The notes: generated by a model not told the origin, from the sequence alone. Numbered from the stretch's first letter, positions 40,051 through 49,624 are shown. The stretch is 64,000 bases of DNA from an uncultured bacterium (GCA_963722385.1 CAVRKK010000001.1:64001-128000); one strand, 5' to 3'. Numbers and translations are program-made.

Positions 40051-41166
40051 CTAGCCCATAGGGGCGACGGGCATGACCAGGTAGGTCACTTCCAGATCGC
40101 TTGCCTGAGCCTCAAAGATGATTGGCCGCGTATTATTTTTTAGGAAGAATGTAAGCGTGTCATGGGAGAATGACTGGAGGCCATTGAGGAGGTAGGGTGC
40201 GTAAAACCGTATATCGAGCTCATCGGCAAAGCCGGCCACGGGTAGTTCCTCATCAAGCGTGCCAACTTCTTTGTTGTGGACCGATACGCGTAGTTTTTCA
40301 GGAGAGAAGGTAAACTTGGTTGCCAGAAACTGCCCAGAGAGCAGGCACACCGACCGCCTCAGTGTTTTAACAAAGCGGTTACGATCCACCGTCGCTGGTG
40401 TAAAGGACGTTTTATCCAAGATTGACTGGTACTGTGGGAATGAGTCGCTGAGCAGCTTGGTAAAAAAGTTGAACAGCTCGCCGGAAAATACAAGCTGGTT
40501 GCCGCATATTCCCAAAAAGAGCGTTTGGTCTTGATAAGAATCTAAGATTTTTTTAAGTTCAAAGATTGCTCTTCGGGGCAGGAGCCAGGTGCGTGGCGCT
40601 TGCAGGCAGTGCTTGGACGAGCGCGCCTGGGCGAGGCAGTGGCCGTCGGTTGTTGTCATGGTGAGCTCCTGCTCAGATATTTCGAGGAGCAGACCGTTTA
40701 AAGCAGGGTTTGCGTTGTTCTGAGGTATCAAAAAGGCTACGCTATCCAAAATTTTAAGAAAGAGCGGCGCTTCGAGGTGCATAAGGTTTTCGATACGCTC
40801 AGGAAAGGGCGGGAATTCGTGTGGGTCCTTGATATTGAGCGCAAGGTTAACCGCGCCTGCTTGCAATACAAGCTGCTGTTGGTTTAAGAAGCATGTTATC
40901 GAGCCTTCAAGCTCTTTTACTATTTCGAATATGCGCTTTCCTGGAACCAAGAAGGTCTCTGGTTCAGTCAACGTACTTTCTGCAAGCAACAAGCTTGCCT
41001 GAAGGCTTATTTCCAGGTCGGTGCTTTTGAGCACGAGTTCTTTGTAGCCAACCTGGAACAGGATGCATGAGGTTGCCTCGAGCGTGGTGCGTTTTGTGCA
41101 AATAGGTTGCATTGATGCTAAGGAGTTCAGTAAGTTCTTTTGGTCGACAACGAAGCGCTTTTCCAT
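40051..41166 (-). CDS. dnaN: DNA polymerase III beta sliding clamp
   Basis: 371 aa; STDLEI, TTDGHCLA, FPQY, YLVMPV; upstream of recF. Confidence 0.93.
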   Translation of the reverse strand: MEKRFVVDQKNLLNSLASMQPICTKRTTLEATSCILFQVGYKELVLKSTDLEISLQASLLLAESTLTEPETFLVPGKRIFEIVKELEGSITCFLNQQQLVLQAGAVNLALNIKDPHEFPPFPERIENLMHLEAPLFLKILDSVAFLIPQNNANPALNGLLLEISEQELTMTTTDGHCLAQARSSKHCLQAPRTWLLPRRAIFELKKILDSYQDQTLFLGICGNQLVFSGELFNFFTKLLSDSFPQYQSILDKTSFTPATVDRNRFVKTLRRSVCLLSGQFLATKFTFSPEKLRVSVHNKEVGTLDEELPVAGFADELDIRFYAPYLLNGLQSFSHDTLTFFLKNNTRPIIFEAQASDLEVTYLVMPVAPMG

Positions 41167-41265
41167 GGTTTTTAATTCTTTTAAGTTATCGCAATTTTTT
41201 CTTTAGTATAGCAGACATCTTTCTTAGCGAAAAGTGTAATTCGCTGTATCGCCCGCGCGAAATAT

Positions 41266-41677
41266 CGCCTACGCGGCGAGCGCGCCTATGCGGCGGGCAG
41301 CAGGGCGCGGCCCTGCACCCACACCAGTATACACGTAAGCGAAGGGCTTGGTTATTGCTCACTGCTCGGTTTTTCTCTTTTAATGTCATAACCATGCAGG
41401 GCGCATGATTATGACAAACGCAATTTTCCTGACGGAAAATAGAAAGCGATATTAAATTTTTATCATGCAGCGCATGATAATGGCGTAAGTTATCGTACGC
41501 TTTGGCGAACGATAACTACACACACCAAGCCTGTAAGCATAACGCTTTGGGGATCGCTAAGGGACGATGTCCCTTAGCCGCTAGCCGCGCAGGCGATTTA
41601 ATTCGATTCGCTTTTGCTGGATCATATCTACGGTGCCCATTCCCGACTTCGCCGAGGCTACGTCGGCCGCGCAGGCG
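41266..41677. repeat. Composite hairpin repeat, copy B (both halves)
   Basis: Same blocks as copy A; 41420-41639 is identical to 45570-45789; ends with a REP-like CCGACTTCGCCGAGGCTACGTCGG hairpin. Confidence 0.9.
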
Positions 41678-41706
41678 ATTCGATTCGACTCAATTTTATT
41701 AAGCTC

Positions 41707-43140
41707 TTAATAAGCACGAGCTACGAGAACATCCCCCTGGCTTTCCTTATCGCAGGCGAAGCACTTGCTCAGCACCTTGCTCTCGAGCCTACAACGGATC
41801 GTTGCTTTGTGCTGCTTAAGCACGGCCTCACACTCGCGTGAACCGCACCAGCCTGTCTGATAAAAGCCACCCACCGTCTCTAAATCATGGGCAAACGGAT
41901 CCGGCCCTGCAAGAAGTGACTCACGAACAAACCATAACTGCTGCCGTTTCTCGAGAGCGCGCTTAAATAGCTCCTGCTGCATGTCATCGAGCTTTTGCTT
42001 TATAATAGCAGGAAGAGACGCTAACGCATAAGCCTGCTTAGGCTGCATCTCCATACGGTCACTTACCACTGCTTGCCGCTGCTCAAGATCACGTGGCCCA
42101 ATCTCAATACGCACCGGGACGCCCTTGAGCTCCCACTTGTAAAATTTTGCGCCTGACGTCTCCGTCTCCTCGCCATCAAAAAGGACACGTATACCATGAC
42201 TCTCGAGGTCTGCGCGTACCTTAATTGCCTCGTCTACTATCTGTTGCTTATATGGCTCTTTAAAAATAGGGATAATAACAACCTGAATAGGCGCAACCTT
42301 AGGCGGCACCACCAGGCCCCGCTTATCCCCATGCACCATAACAATCGCCCCTACCAAACGTGTCGTAACAGCCCAGCTTGTTAAATAAGGATACGAAATA
42401 CCCTCTTGGCGGTCCTGAAATGTTATGCCAAATGCCTTCGCGAAATTTTGGGAGATAAGATGCGAGGTCCCCATTTGTAAAGCCTTGCCATCAGCCATGA
42501 GCCCCTCAACTGTCAGCGTCTTGTCGGCCCCAGCAAAGCGCTCCGATTCAGACTTAATACCAGCAACGACAGGGATCGCTAAGTAATTTTGAATAAGGTC
42601 AACGTACTGGTCGAGCATCAGCTGCGCTTCTTCCTCAGCCTCCTTGGCTGTCTCATGCGCTGTATGCCCCTCTTGCCACCAAAACTCAGTTGTACGCAAA
42701 AATGGTCGCGTGCGCATTTCCCAACGTATAACGTTCGCCCACTGATTAATCTTCATGGGCAAGTCACGCCATGACTTTATCCAGCGAGCAAACATGTAGT
42801 GGATAATGGTCTCCGACGTAGGCCGTATAACCAAAGGCTCTTCGAGCTCTTTGCCCCCCGCGTATGTCACCACCGCGAGCTCGGGAGAAAATCCCTCAAC
42901 ATGCTGCGCTTCCTTTTTTAAGAATCCCTCCGGTATCAGCAGCGGGAAAAGGGCATTGTGGTGGCCCGTGTCTTTAATTTTTTTATCAACAATCTTTTGA
43001 ATGTTTTCCCAAAGGGCGCAACCATAAGGCATCACCACAATACAACCGCGCACCGGCGACTGATCGGCAAGCTCTGCCTTATAAACAACTTCTTGATACC
43101 ACTCTGAAAAGTCCTTTTCAATATCAGGCAACTGAGTCAT
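41707..43140 (-). CDS. proS: Prolyl-tRNA synthetase, archaeal/eukaryote-like type
   Basis: IRPTSET, RWEMRTRPFLRTTEFWWQEGH, LQMGTSH, C-terminal ARAY. Confidence 0.96.
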   Translation of the reverse strand: MTQLPDIEKDFSEWYQEVVYKAELADQSPVRGCIVVMPYGCALWENIQKIVDKKIKDTGHHNALFPLLIPEGFLKKEAQHVEGFSPELAVVTYAGGKELEEPLVIRPTSETIIHYMFARWIKSWRDLPMKINQWANVIRWEMRTRPFLRTTEFWWQEGHTAHETAKEAEEEAQLMLDQYVDLIQNYLAIPVVAGIKSESERFAGADKTLTVEGLMADGKALQMGTSHLISQNFAKAFGITFQDRQEGISYPYLTSWAVTTRLVGAIVMVHGDKRGLVVPPKVAPIQVVIIPIFKEPYKQQIVDEAIKVRADLESHGIRVLFDGEETETSGAKFYKWELKGVPVRIEIGPRDLEQRQAVVSDRMEMQPKQAYALASLPAIIKQKLDDMQQELFKRALEKRQQLWFVRESLLAGPDPFAHDLETVGGFYQTGWCGSRECEAVLKQHKATIRCRLESKVLSKCFACDKESQGDVLVARAY

Positions 43141-43215
43141 ATACGCATCCTATTGGTTGAGTTTTGCACTATTTTAGTGTACCAAACAGAAGACAAGAAG
43201 ACAAAAGGCCTTGAG

Positions 43216-43532
43216 CTATCCGGCTTCGCCAAAATTGCCAGGTAGGATAACAGATGTCGCTTCAGGAAATTCAGGTGTAGTTAGAGTTATCGTGGGTATG
43301 AGAACGTGGTTAATTGTTGAATTCGTACGAGCCTGCAATGCGCTTTCTTTGCGCACATGCCTGAGCGCCTCAAGCATGTGCTGATATCGCATTCGGGCAT
43401 CTTCTGGCATGCCATCTCGCTTAAGCAATAAAGTAATATACTTTTCGGCTGGATCAAGATTAAAAAGCAAACCACCGCTTCTTGTGAGGCTGCTGAGCAT
43501 AGGATGCTCAGCAAAAAGAGTAGAAGCATCAT
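43216..43532 (-). pseudogene. Internally deleted/frameshifted remnant of a secreted ankyrin-family gene
   Basis: Signal peptide in one frame; FNLDPAEKYITLLLKRDGMPEDARMRYQHMLEAL in another, resembling the C-terminal module of the ankyrin paralogs. Confidence 0.4.
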
Positions 43533-43549
43533 GGTAGCTCTACCAATTT

Positions 43550-44092
43550 TTATAGCTCTTCTTTGCCATGCTTTTTATGAATGGCTTGATAAGCTTTTTC
43601 TGCTTCCTTGAGCTCGCGGCGCGCGTCTTCCTCATTTTGCAGTACTGCTTGCATGAGGAGCTCTTTATTTATTTTTTCTTCGTTGCCCGCTTGCTTATTC
43701 CATGTATCAAGCCATTTATCTAGGTCTGCTTTATGGTCTTGTGCTTCAGTAAGTGCTTTTTCTGCCCAATACAGCCACTCGGCCTCCGGACTCTTATGGA
43801 ATTCCGCACCATCAAGGAGCTCTTTGAGCCGCACTTCTAATCGTAAAACGTCAAGGCTTGCTTCCTCTGCCTCAGCTTTGCTTTCTTTAACCGTTCCTTG
43901 AAAGGTCTCTGGAGAGTCGAAAAATTTTTCCAGGTCGTACAATAAACTTTCTCGTGCTTCTTTTGCTTCTTCGCGTGCTTCCTCAAGCTCAATTGCGATA
44001 CGCTGTATATCGCTCAGGTGCGTGCTTTGTGCGGCATATGTTTGGCCAAGCGTCGTTATGAGCATTATAAGCCAGGTTGCTGTAATTTTCAT
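43550..44092 (-). CDS. Exported acidic coiled-coil protein ending in KEEL
   Basis: RBS GGAG, signal peptide (TYA|AQ), E/A/K-rich helices. Confidence 0.75.
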   Translation of the reverse strand: MKITATWLIMLITTLGQTYAAQSTHLSDIQRIAIELEEAREEAKEARESLLYDLEKFFDSPETFQGTVKESKAEAEEASLDVLRLEVRLKELLDGAEFHKSPEAEWLYWAEKALTEAQDHKADLDKWLDTWNKQAGNEEKINKELLMQAVLQNEEDARRELKEAEKAYQAIHKKHGKEEL

Positions 44093-44240
44093 ATTATCTC
44101 CTTAGGTAGATTTCACGTATCGGAGGAAAAGCATAGACGAACAATATAAACTTTGCAACATTATTTAGTACAATTGGGCTAAGCTTTTATTTAAGATCAA
44201 TATGCTTAAGAAATTTACCATTTTTACGAAGGAGTTACCG

Positions 44241-45410
44241 GTGAAACAATTTATATATCTTGTGCTTTTGTGCGGTGTGTTACCGCTCGCTGCAGCTAAC
44301 GTAAGCATTCCTCTCGCTGACGCTGAATCCCCTATTTTCCAGGCTACTTCGGTGGCCCATGAGGTATATGGTGTTATACTTGCTGGTGGTATAGGGGAGC
44401 GGTTATGGCCGCTTAGTCGTCAGGATAGGCCAAAGCAGTTTTTGCCGCTTATAGGGGAGCGGTCGTTGTTGGAAATTACGCGTGATCGGCTTGAGGGCGT
44501 TAACGGGACCAAGCGTTATTGGGCAGTGACGACGGCGCCTCTTGAAAATGGCGTTCGCTTACTCTTGCAAGGCAAGCTTGATGATGTAATTGTCGAGCCC
44601 GCTCGTCGCAATACGGCTGCGGCTCTTTTATTCACATGTTTTCGCATCGCGCAGCGTAGTCCCGAAGCGCAGGTTATTTTTCTGCCGAGTGATCAGTATA
44701 TTTCTGATGCTCGTATTTTAGCACAAGCTCTTAATGCCGCTCTTGGCAATTCGTTGCCTGGCCACATAACCTTGCTTGGCATCAAGCCTTCATATCCAGC
44801 GACCGGGTATGGCTATATTAAAGTAGCAAGCGAGCTTACCGAGAGCAGCCCTAATTCCCCCGTACCACTTCAAGTGGCGCCTGTTGCTGGCTTTTACGAG
44901 AAGCCAACTTATGATAAAGCACAGGAATATGTACGTGCTGATAATATGCTGTGGAATGCGGGGATATTTTGTGGCAAGGTTTCATCGTTTATTCGCCAGT
45001 TTGAGCAGTATGCTCCTGACATTTATGAAAGTGTATTGGCATTTCTTGAGGGCCGGGCTTCTTATGAAGATATTCCTGCTACTTCGATTGATTATGCAGT
45101 TTTAGAAAAGTCTTCTGCTGTTTCTGTTGTTCCCGTAAGCTTTGAGTGGGCGGATATTGGCAGTCTATCGTCACTTTTAGGATTTAGGGCAGAGTATAAC
45201 AAGCCCGGGCATGCTGAGCTTTGTGTTAATTGCGCCGGCAATCTTGTGCATACGAGTAAGAAGCTTGTAGCGCTTATTGACGTTGAGGGGCTTTGTATTG
45301 CTGATACTGATGATGTTTTGCTTGTTGTTCCCTGCAAGAGCTCAGAGCGTGTTAAGCTTGCTCTTGAGGAGCTTAAGCGCGATGAGGGTGCTTATAGGCA
45401 GTATTCGTGA
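44241..45410 (+). CDS. manC: Mannose-1-phosphate guanylyltransferase with signal-like N-terminal extension
   Basis: ILAGGIGERLWPLSR..PKQF, EPARRNTA, TGYGYI, FYEKP, WNAGIF, SIDYAVLEK. Confidence 0.9.
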   Translation: MKQFIYLVLLCGVLPLAAANVSIPLADAESPIFQATSVAHEVYGVILAGGIGERLWPLSRQDRPKQFLPLIGERSLLEITRDRLEGVNGTKRYWAVTTAPLENGVRLLLQGKLDDVIVEPARRNTAAALLFTCFRIAQRSPEAQVIFLPSDQYISDARILAQALNAALGNSLPGHITLLGIKPSYPATGYGYIKVASELTESSPNSPVPLQVAPVAGFYEKPTYDKAQEYVRADNMLWNAGIFCGKVSSFIRQFEQYAPDIYESVLAFLEGRASYEDIPATSIDYAVLEKSSAVSVVPVSFEWADIGSLSSLLGFRAEYNKPGHAELCVNCAGNLVHTSKKLVALIDVEGLCIADTDDVLLVVPCKSSERVKLALEELKRDEGAYRQYS

Positions 45411-45431
45411 GCAAAAAGAGCTGGTTTGAAG

Positions 45432-45789
45432 CGCTTACGCAGCGGGCGCGCCTATGCGGCGGGCAGCAGGGCGGCGGCCCTGCACCCACACCATGGGAAT
45501 TTTTTGCTTTATAGCTTACCTTTGCTTGCCTAATGCCGTAACCATGCGGGGCGCATGATTACGGCAAATGCAATTTTCCTGACGGAAAATAGAAAGCGAT
45601 ATTAAATTTTTATCATGCAGCGCATGATAATGGCGTAAGTTATCGTACGCTTTGGCGAACGATAACTACACACACCAAGCCTGTAAGCATAACGCTTTGG
45701 GGATCGCTAAGGGACGATGTCCCTTAGCCGCTAGCCGCGCAGGCGATTTAATTCGATTCGCTTTTGCTGGATCATATCTACGGTGCCCA
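45432..45789. repeat. Composite hairpin repeat, copy C (both halves)
   Basis: Same blocks; hairpin variant GCCGTAACCATGC..GCATGATTACGGC; 220 bp identical to copy B. Confidence 0.9.
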
Positions 45790-45804
45790 AGCAAGCGATT
45801 TAAC

Positions 45805-46881
45805 TCAGCTCTTCTTGCGAGCACGCTGCTTTGGCGCCCCGGCCTTGCTTTTCAAATACTCAAGATCAAGCTTAATCCAGAAATGGTTACTCGGGTCGTC
45901 ATATACGATCCGATCTGAAGGAATGGTCTTTAACTGGCCACGATCAACCGCTTCAAAATAAATAACGTGCTTAAGAAACCGCTCATCAAAACCATAACTC
46001 GGAAACTCATTGCCAAAGCCATACGGATGCGTGCGTAACGCTATATCGGTAGGATGGCGGCCTTCGTCGCAAAAAAGCGTCCTGTGTAAGATATACCCCT
46101 TCATTGCCTTTTGCATATCAAGCCACCTGACGCGCTTAGCACCAAACGCACTAGCAAGAATTGGGCTGTATTGCTTGAGATGAACGACCCTCTGCGTTGC
46201 CCAGCGCCCAAAATCACGTATCCTAAAAAATCCTCGCTCCGCTTTTGCACTCGCCCACTTTAGTATCTGCTTGCTCATCCTAAAATCACCGTTGAGTCGC
46301 GCCGGCAGCTCGTCAGCATCACGGATATAGGCAATGGCTACCTTTGGATCGTCAAAAACAAGGAACCGCCACATCGATCCAGGGGCCGCAGCTATTGAGT
46401 TAGAGGCCATCAAAAAGATCTCCATATCGGCCGCCAATAGCCTCGGGATAAGGAACTTCAAGTCATCAGCAAGATATACACGCATAATCCACCCAGGAAA
46501 ATGCCGCTTTACCATCGCTACCTGAGCTAAGAGAGACTTGATAAACTTATCATAAAATGGTTGATTTCGCTTAACGCTGGGCGATGGCCGATACATTGCC
46601 TCTTCTGAAATAACCGGCATAGGCCCATCAGCAAAAGGCGGCTTCCAAAATAAGCTATACGCTATAACCTTTTTCTTGTTGCCACCCTTGACGTTGTAAG
46701 TATTTTTTATGGCGAACATAGCATTCAGCTCGCTGTGCCGTTCTGGATGATTATCAAACAAAGTGTACAAATACTTGAGCCGAAGTGGCTTAAATACTTC
46801 AGCAAATGTCTCAGCTTTAACGCTACCAGCGCTTAAAAAAGTAATTACGAGCATTAATGAAACAAGTCTATTTTTTACCAC
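45805..46881 (-). CDS. Exported putative GT-A-like (DxD) protein
   Basis: Signal peptide; KKVIAYSLFW, FPGWIMRVY, MWRFLVFDDP, IRDAD, GFDERFL. Confidence 0.55.
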   Translation of the reverse strand: MVKNRLVSLMLVITFLSAGSVKAETFAEVFKPLRLKYLYTLFDNHPERHSELNAMFAIKNTYNVKGGNKKKVIAYSLFWKPPFADGPMPVISEEAMYRPSPSVKRNQPFYDKFIKSLLAQVAMVKRHFPGWIMRVYLADDLKFLIPRLLAADMEIFLMASNSIAAAPGSMWRFLVFDDPKVAIAYIRDADELPARLNGDFRMSKQILKWASAKAERGFFRIRDFGRWATQRVVHLKQYSPILASAFGAKRVRWLDMQKAMKGYILHRTLFCDEGRHPTDIALRTHPYGFGNEFPSYGFDERFLKHVIYFEAVDRGQLKTIPSDRIVYDDPSNHFWIKLDLEYLKSKAGAPKQRARKKS

Positions 46882-47642
46882 GAGCTATCCTCTTCGCAAT
46901 CTAGTTTAAGCACAAGATCACCAGCTGCCTTTTTAAAAAGCGCCTTAACCTCAGCATCAAAATGCTTTTTCCATTCCCCTATGCGCCCGCTTCGATACGT
47001 CGGACCTTTGCCAAACATATTTTCAGCAACATACTCTATTCTTTGCCGATTAACCGGCACTCCAATATGCTTCGCAATCCTCTTTATTGCACGGTATTGG
47101 GCCGCTTTCGTGCCGCCACCCTGGGGACCAACAAGATTCTCAAATCTCACCAAGAGGCAGGACGGCTCACGCCTCCACCCAAGAAAGCCTTCATAGCGCT
47201 TTCTGATTTTCTGAATAACGTGTTTTAAAACCTTTTTAAACGGCCACTTTCTTATGCTGCTGGCAAACTGATCCCCCCGCCAGCCCCCTTGATAGATCCA
47301 ATAAACCCATGAAATCGCCATGTCCCGCGGATCGCGATAGATCAAAAATGTCTTATAATTGTGCTTCCTAAAAATCCGGGCAGCATAAGGCGAGTAGTTC
47401 ATATGGGTCGCATAAAAACAGTGGCGATCTTCATTGGTAATAATCCGCGCCCACTGCGATGTTGTGAGCTCTCTCAGGTCAATCTCATAAAGCGGCAAGT
47501 CCGCAAGTAGCTCAATGCACGCTGTCAATAAGTGAGTGCCACACTTAGGAATCGAATTTACGTAAATATTGGCCGCAGGCCCCGCGCCAGCACCCAAAAG
47601 AGGCACCGTTATACTCGCAAAGAATATCACCAGATTTTTCAT
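46875..47642 (-). CDS. Sulfotransferase domain protein with signal peptide
   Basis: PAPS-binding motifs SIPKCGTHLL, YRDPRDMAIS, RSGRIGEWKKHF. Confidence 0.85.
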   Translation of the reverse strand: MKNLVIFFASITVPLLGAGAGPAANIYVNSIPKCGTHLLTACIELLADLPLYEIDLRELTTSQWARIITNEDRHCFYATHMNYSPYAARIFRKHNYKTFLIYRDPRDMAISWVYWIYQGGWRGDQFASSIRKWPFKKVLKHVIQKIRKRYEGFLGWRREPSCLLVRFENLVGPQGGGTKAAQYRAIKRIAKHIGVPVNRQRIEYVAENMFGKGPTYRSGRIGEWKKHFDAEVKALFKKAAGDLVLKLDCEEDSSW

Positions 47643-47845
47643 TGCACGCTCATTCCCCTTAACGCCTATTCGTGAGACCAATTCTAAAGGTACAGATTTT
47701 GGCGTGTCAAGTGTTTTGGAGTCGCATTAATCAGGTCATACGGTTTGGCTTGAAGATTATCTGAGCTATGGCATTACAAACGATATTGACTATTTGGATA
47801 GTTTTTTTATAAAATTAAATTAATCATACAAAAAAGGAGAGCATC

Positions 47846-48637
47846 ATGAAAAGAACGCATAATTTACTTCTTGCCCTTGGAATAGGCATCTTCGGTGGGT
47901 CTTGGCTTGCGCTTGGACAAACGACAGATCTTAGCGAAGCCTTAAGCGAGACTTCTCCAGAGATTGCTCAGGCGATCACGACTGGTTTTTCGCAAGGTGA
48001 AAGCGCTACTCAACAAGCTGAGGCACTAAAAAGCGAATCAGCACAGCTTCCTAAGGCACTTGCCGCTGCTCAAAAGAGCGTTGCCAAAGCTTTAACGGCA
48101 GCAAAAACAATGCCAGACAATATTATTACTTATGCCCAATTTGCAAATAAGCAGGCTGGCCAAGCGCTCGCTCAGACCTATGCAAAATCTCTCGAAATAC
48201 TCAATTTCGCCCTTGGTGGTGCAACATCCCTTGCGGAAAATGTTAGCAATTTTACCAAAGCTGAACGAGAGAAGATCACACCTATTGTGTCTGGTCTTCT
48301 AGCCAAGGTCTCGTCGATAGCAGTTGATACCAGCAACCTCATTAAAGAGGTTACCGGAGGAGTCTCTGAGCAAGCACAAGAAATTGCTACCGATCTTAAG
48401 AAGAAGATTGCTGAATTGCAAGCTTTACGCAAAACGGACCAAGAATCTATAAATAAGCTGAAAGAGCAGAATGCTCCAGCCCCCACTCGCTTTAGGCCTG
48501 AAGCAGAACGTGGCATGGTCGAAGAGTCGCCATTCTCCGACTTCCTTTCAAAAATTGGGCACACACTTGGGCAAATAAACTCGGCATTAAGGCAGTTTGA
48601 TTATTTTATTGACAGCCTTGAGCCAGAGTACTCTTAA
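47846..48637 (+). CDS. Exported Ala-rich helical protein
   Basis: RBS AGGAG, signal peptide, coiled-coil-like composition. Confidence 0.7.
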   Translation: MKRTHNLLLALGIGIFGGSWLALGQTTDLSEALSETSPEIAQAITTGFSQGESATQQAEALKSESAQLPKALAAAQKSVAKALTAAKTMPDNIITYAQFANKQAGQALAQTYAKSLEILNFALGGATSLAENVSNFTKAEREKITPIVSGLLAKVSSIAVDTSNLIKEVTGGVSEQAQEIATDLKKKIAELQALRKTDQESINKLKEQNAPAPTRFRPEAERGMVEESPFSDFLSKIGHTLGQINSALRQFDYFIDSLEPEYS

Positions 48638-48664
48638 AAGTACTAAGAACATAACAAAAGGGCC

Positions 48665-49624
48665 TCAGCGAGGCCCTTTTTGATAAGGTATATTTGCTCG
48701 CGTTCGCCAAGCGTAGCCAAGCCCTCGAAGGTACCCCTTTATCCAGCTCTTGTTTCGTACAACAAGCGCTGCTTCAAGAAATAAGCCCATCATGCTCCAC
48801 GCGTAGGCAAGGAGTTTCCAAGGCTTTTTTTGATAAAAATTTTTAAAGAAAAGATACGTATAATTTGCGACGAACATAGCTTTATTTTCAATGATTGAGT
48901 CACGGCTTAGCGGGCTTTGGCGATGCTCCAAAATCGCGCAGGGGTTATAAAAAAGGGCCCAATCACGTGATACCCTATATGAAAAGTCACAATCCTCCAT
49001 ATAACCATAGTGCCTGAGAGCTTCATCGAAAGTGTGCTTTTTAAAAACATATGATCGAAAAGCCATGCAGCAGCCACCTAAAACCTCAACCTGCTTGATG
49101 CCTTGGGTGCCATAGGCATGCGTAGGCATCCCTGACCAGGTAAATTTGCCGTGTGCATAATTTCGCTGTAGAAAAAAAAGTGAACGACCGATATTTACCC
49201 ATTGCTTATAAGCGCCCAGGGGAGCAATCGTGCCCATACCGCCACCAAAAGCTTGATCTGTGCCAAATGCCTTGTTCATTTCTTCCATATAACGGGAAGA
49301 TAAGATAACATCGTCATCAAAAAAGTAGATGAGCTCGCCCGTAGCTAGTGCGATGCCCTGGTTTCTCTGAAAGGTAAGGCCCGGCGCCGTATGCTTATAC
49401 ACAAGCGTTGAAGGAAGGTGTGTGCTATTCCATAGCTGGTTGATACGGGTGTCCTCAAGCACCGGAGCATCACTGCTGTCAACAATAACAATTTCGGTCG
49501 GCAAAGCAGTCTGCTTGCCAAGAGAAACAAGCATAGCTGCTAAGTCGGAAGCGCGATTCCGCGTGCAAATAATAACGCTCGTTTTCAAGGTCGACCCTTC
49601 TAGGGGGAGCAGCTGAGAATGCAT
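48665..49624 (-). CDS. Family 2 glycosyltransferase
   Basis: SVIICTRNR, EIVIVDSS, RNQGI, FFDDD, GYMEDCDFSYR. Confidence 0.9.
   Translation of the reverse strand: MHSQLLPLEGSTLKTSVIICTRNRASDLAAMLVSLGKQTALPTEIVIVDSSDAPVLEDTRINQLWNSTHLPSTLVYKHTAPGLTFQRNQGIALATGELIYFFDDDVILSSRYMEEMNKAFGTDQAFGGGMGTIAPLGAYKQWVNIGRSLFFLQRNYAHGKFTWSGMPTHAYGTQGIKQVEVLGGCCMAFRSYVFKKHTFDEALRHYGYMEDCDFSYRVSRDWALFYNPCAILEHRQSPLSRDSIIENKAMFVANYTYLFFKNFYQKKPWKLLAYAWSMMGLFLEAALVVRNKSWIKGYLRGLGYAWRTRANIPYQKGPR

Noticed and set aside
41420..41639. dif site in the shared repeat segment
   Set aside because: No recognisable XerC/XerD arms.
38540..45789. Repeat-spacer-repeat pattern as a CRISPR array
   Set aside because: Copies are kilobases apart, the two flanks of each spacer differ, and no cas genes are present.
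41502..45918. Duplicate ORFs MANDNYTHQACK... and other short ORFs over the repeats (38528, 41186, 41614, 45764)
   Set aside because: By-products of the repeated element; frames are not conserved between copies and no RBS is evident.
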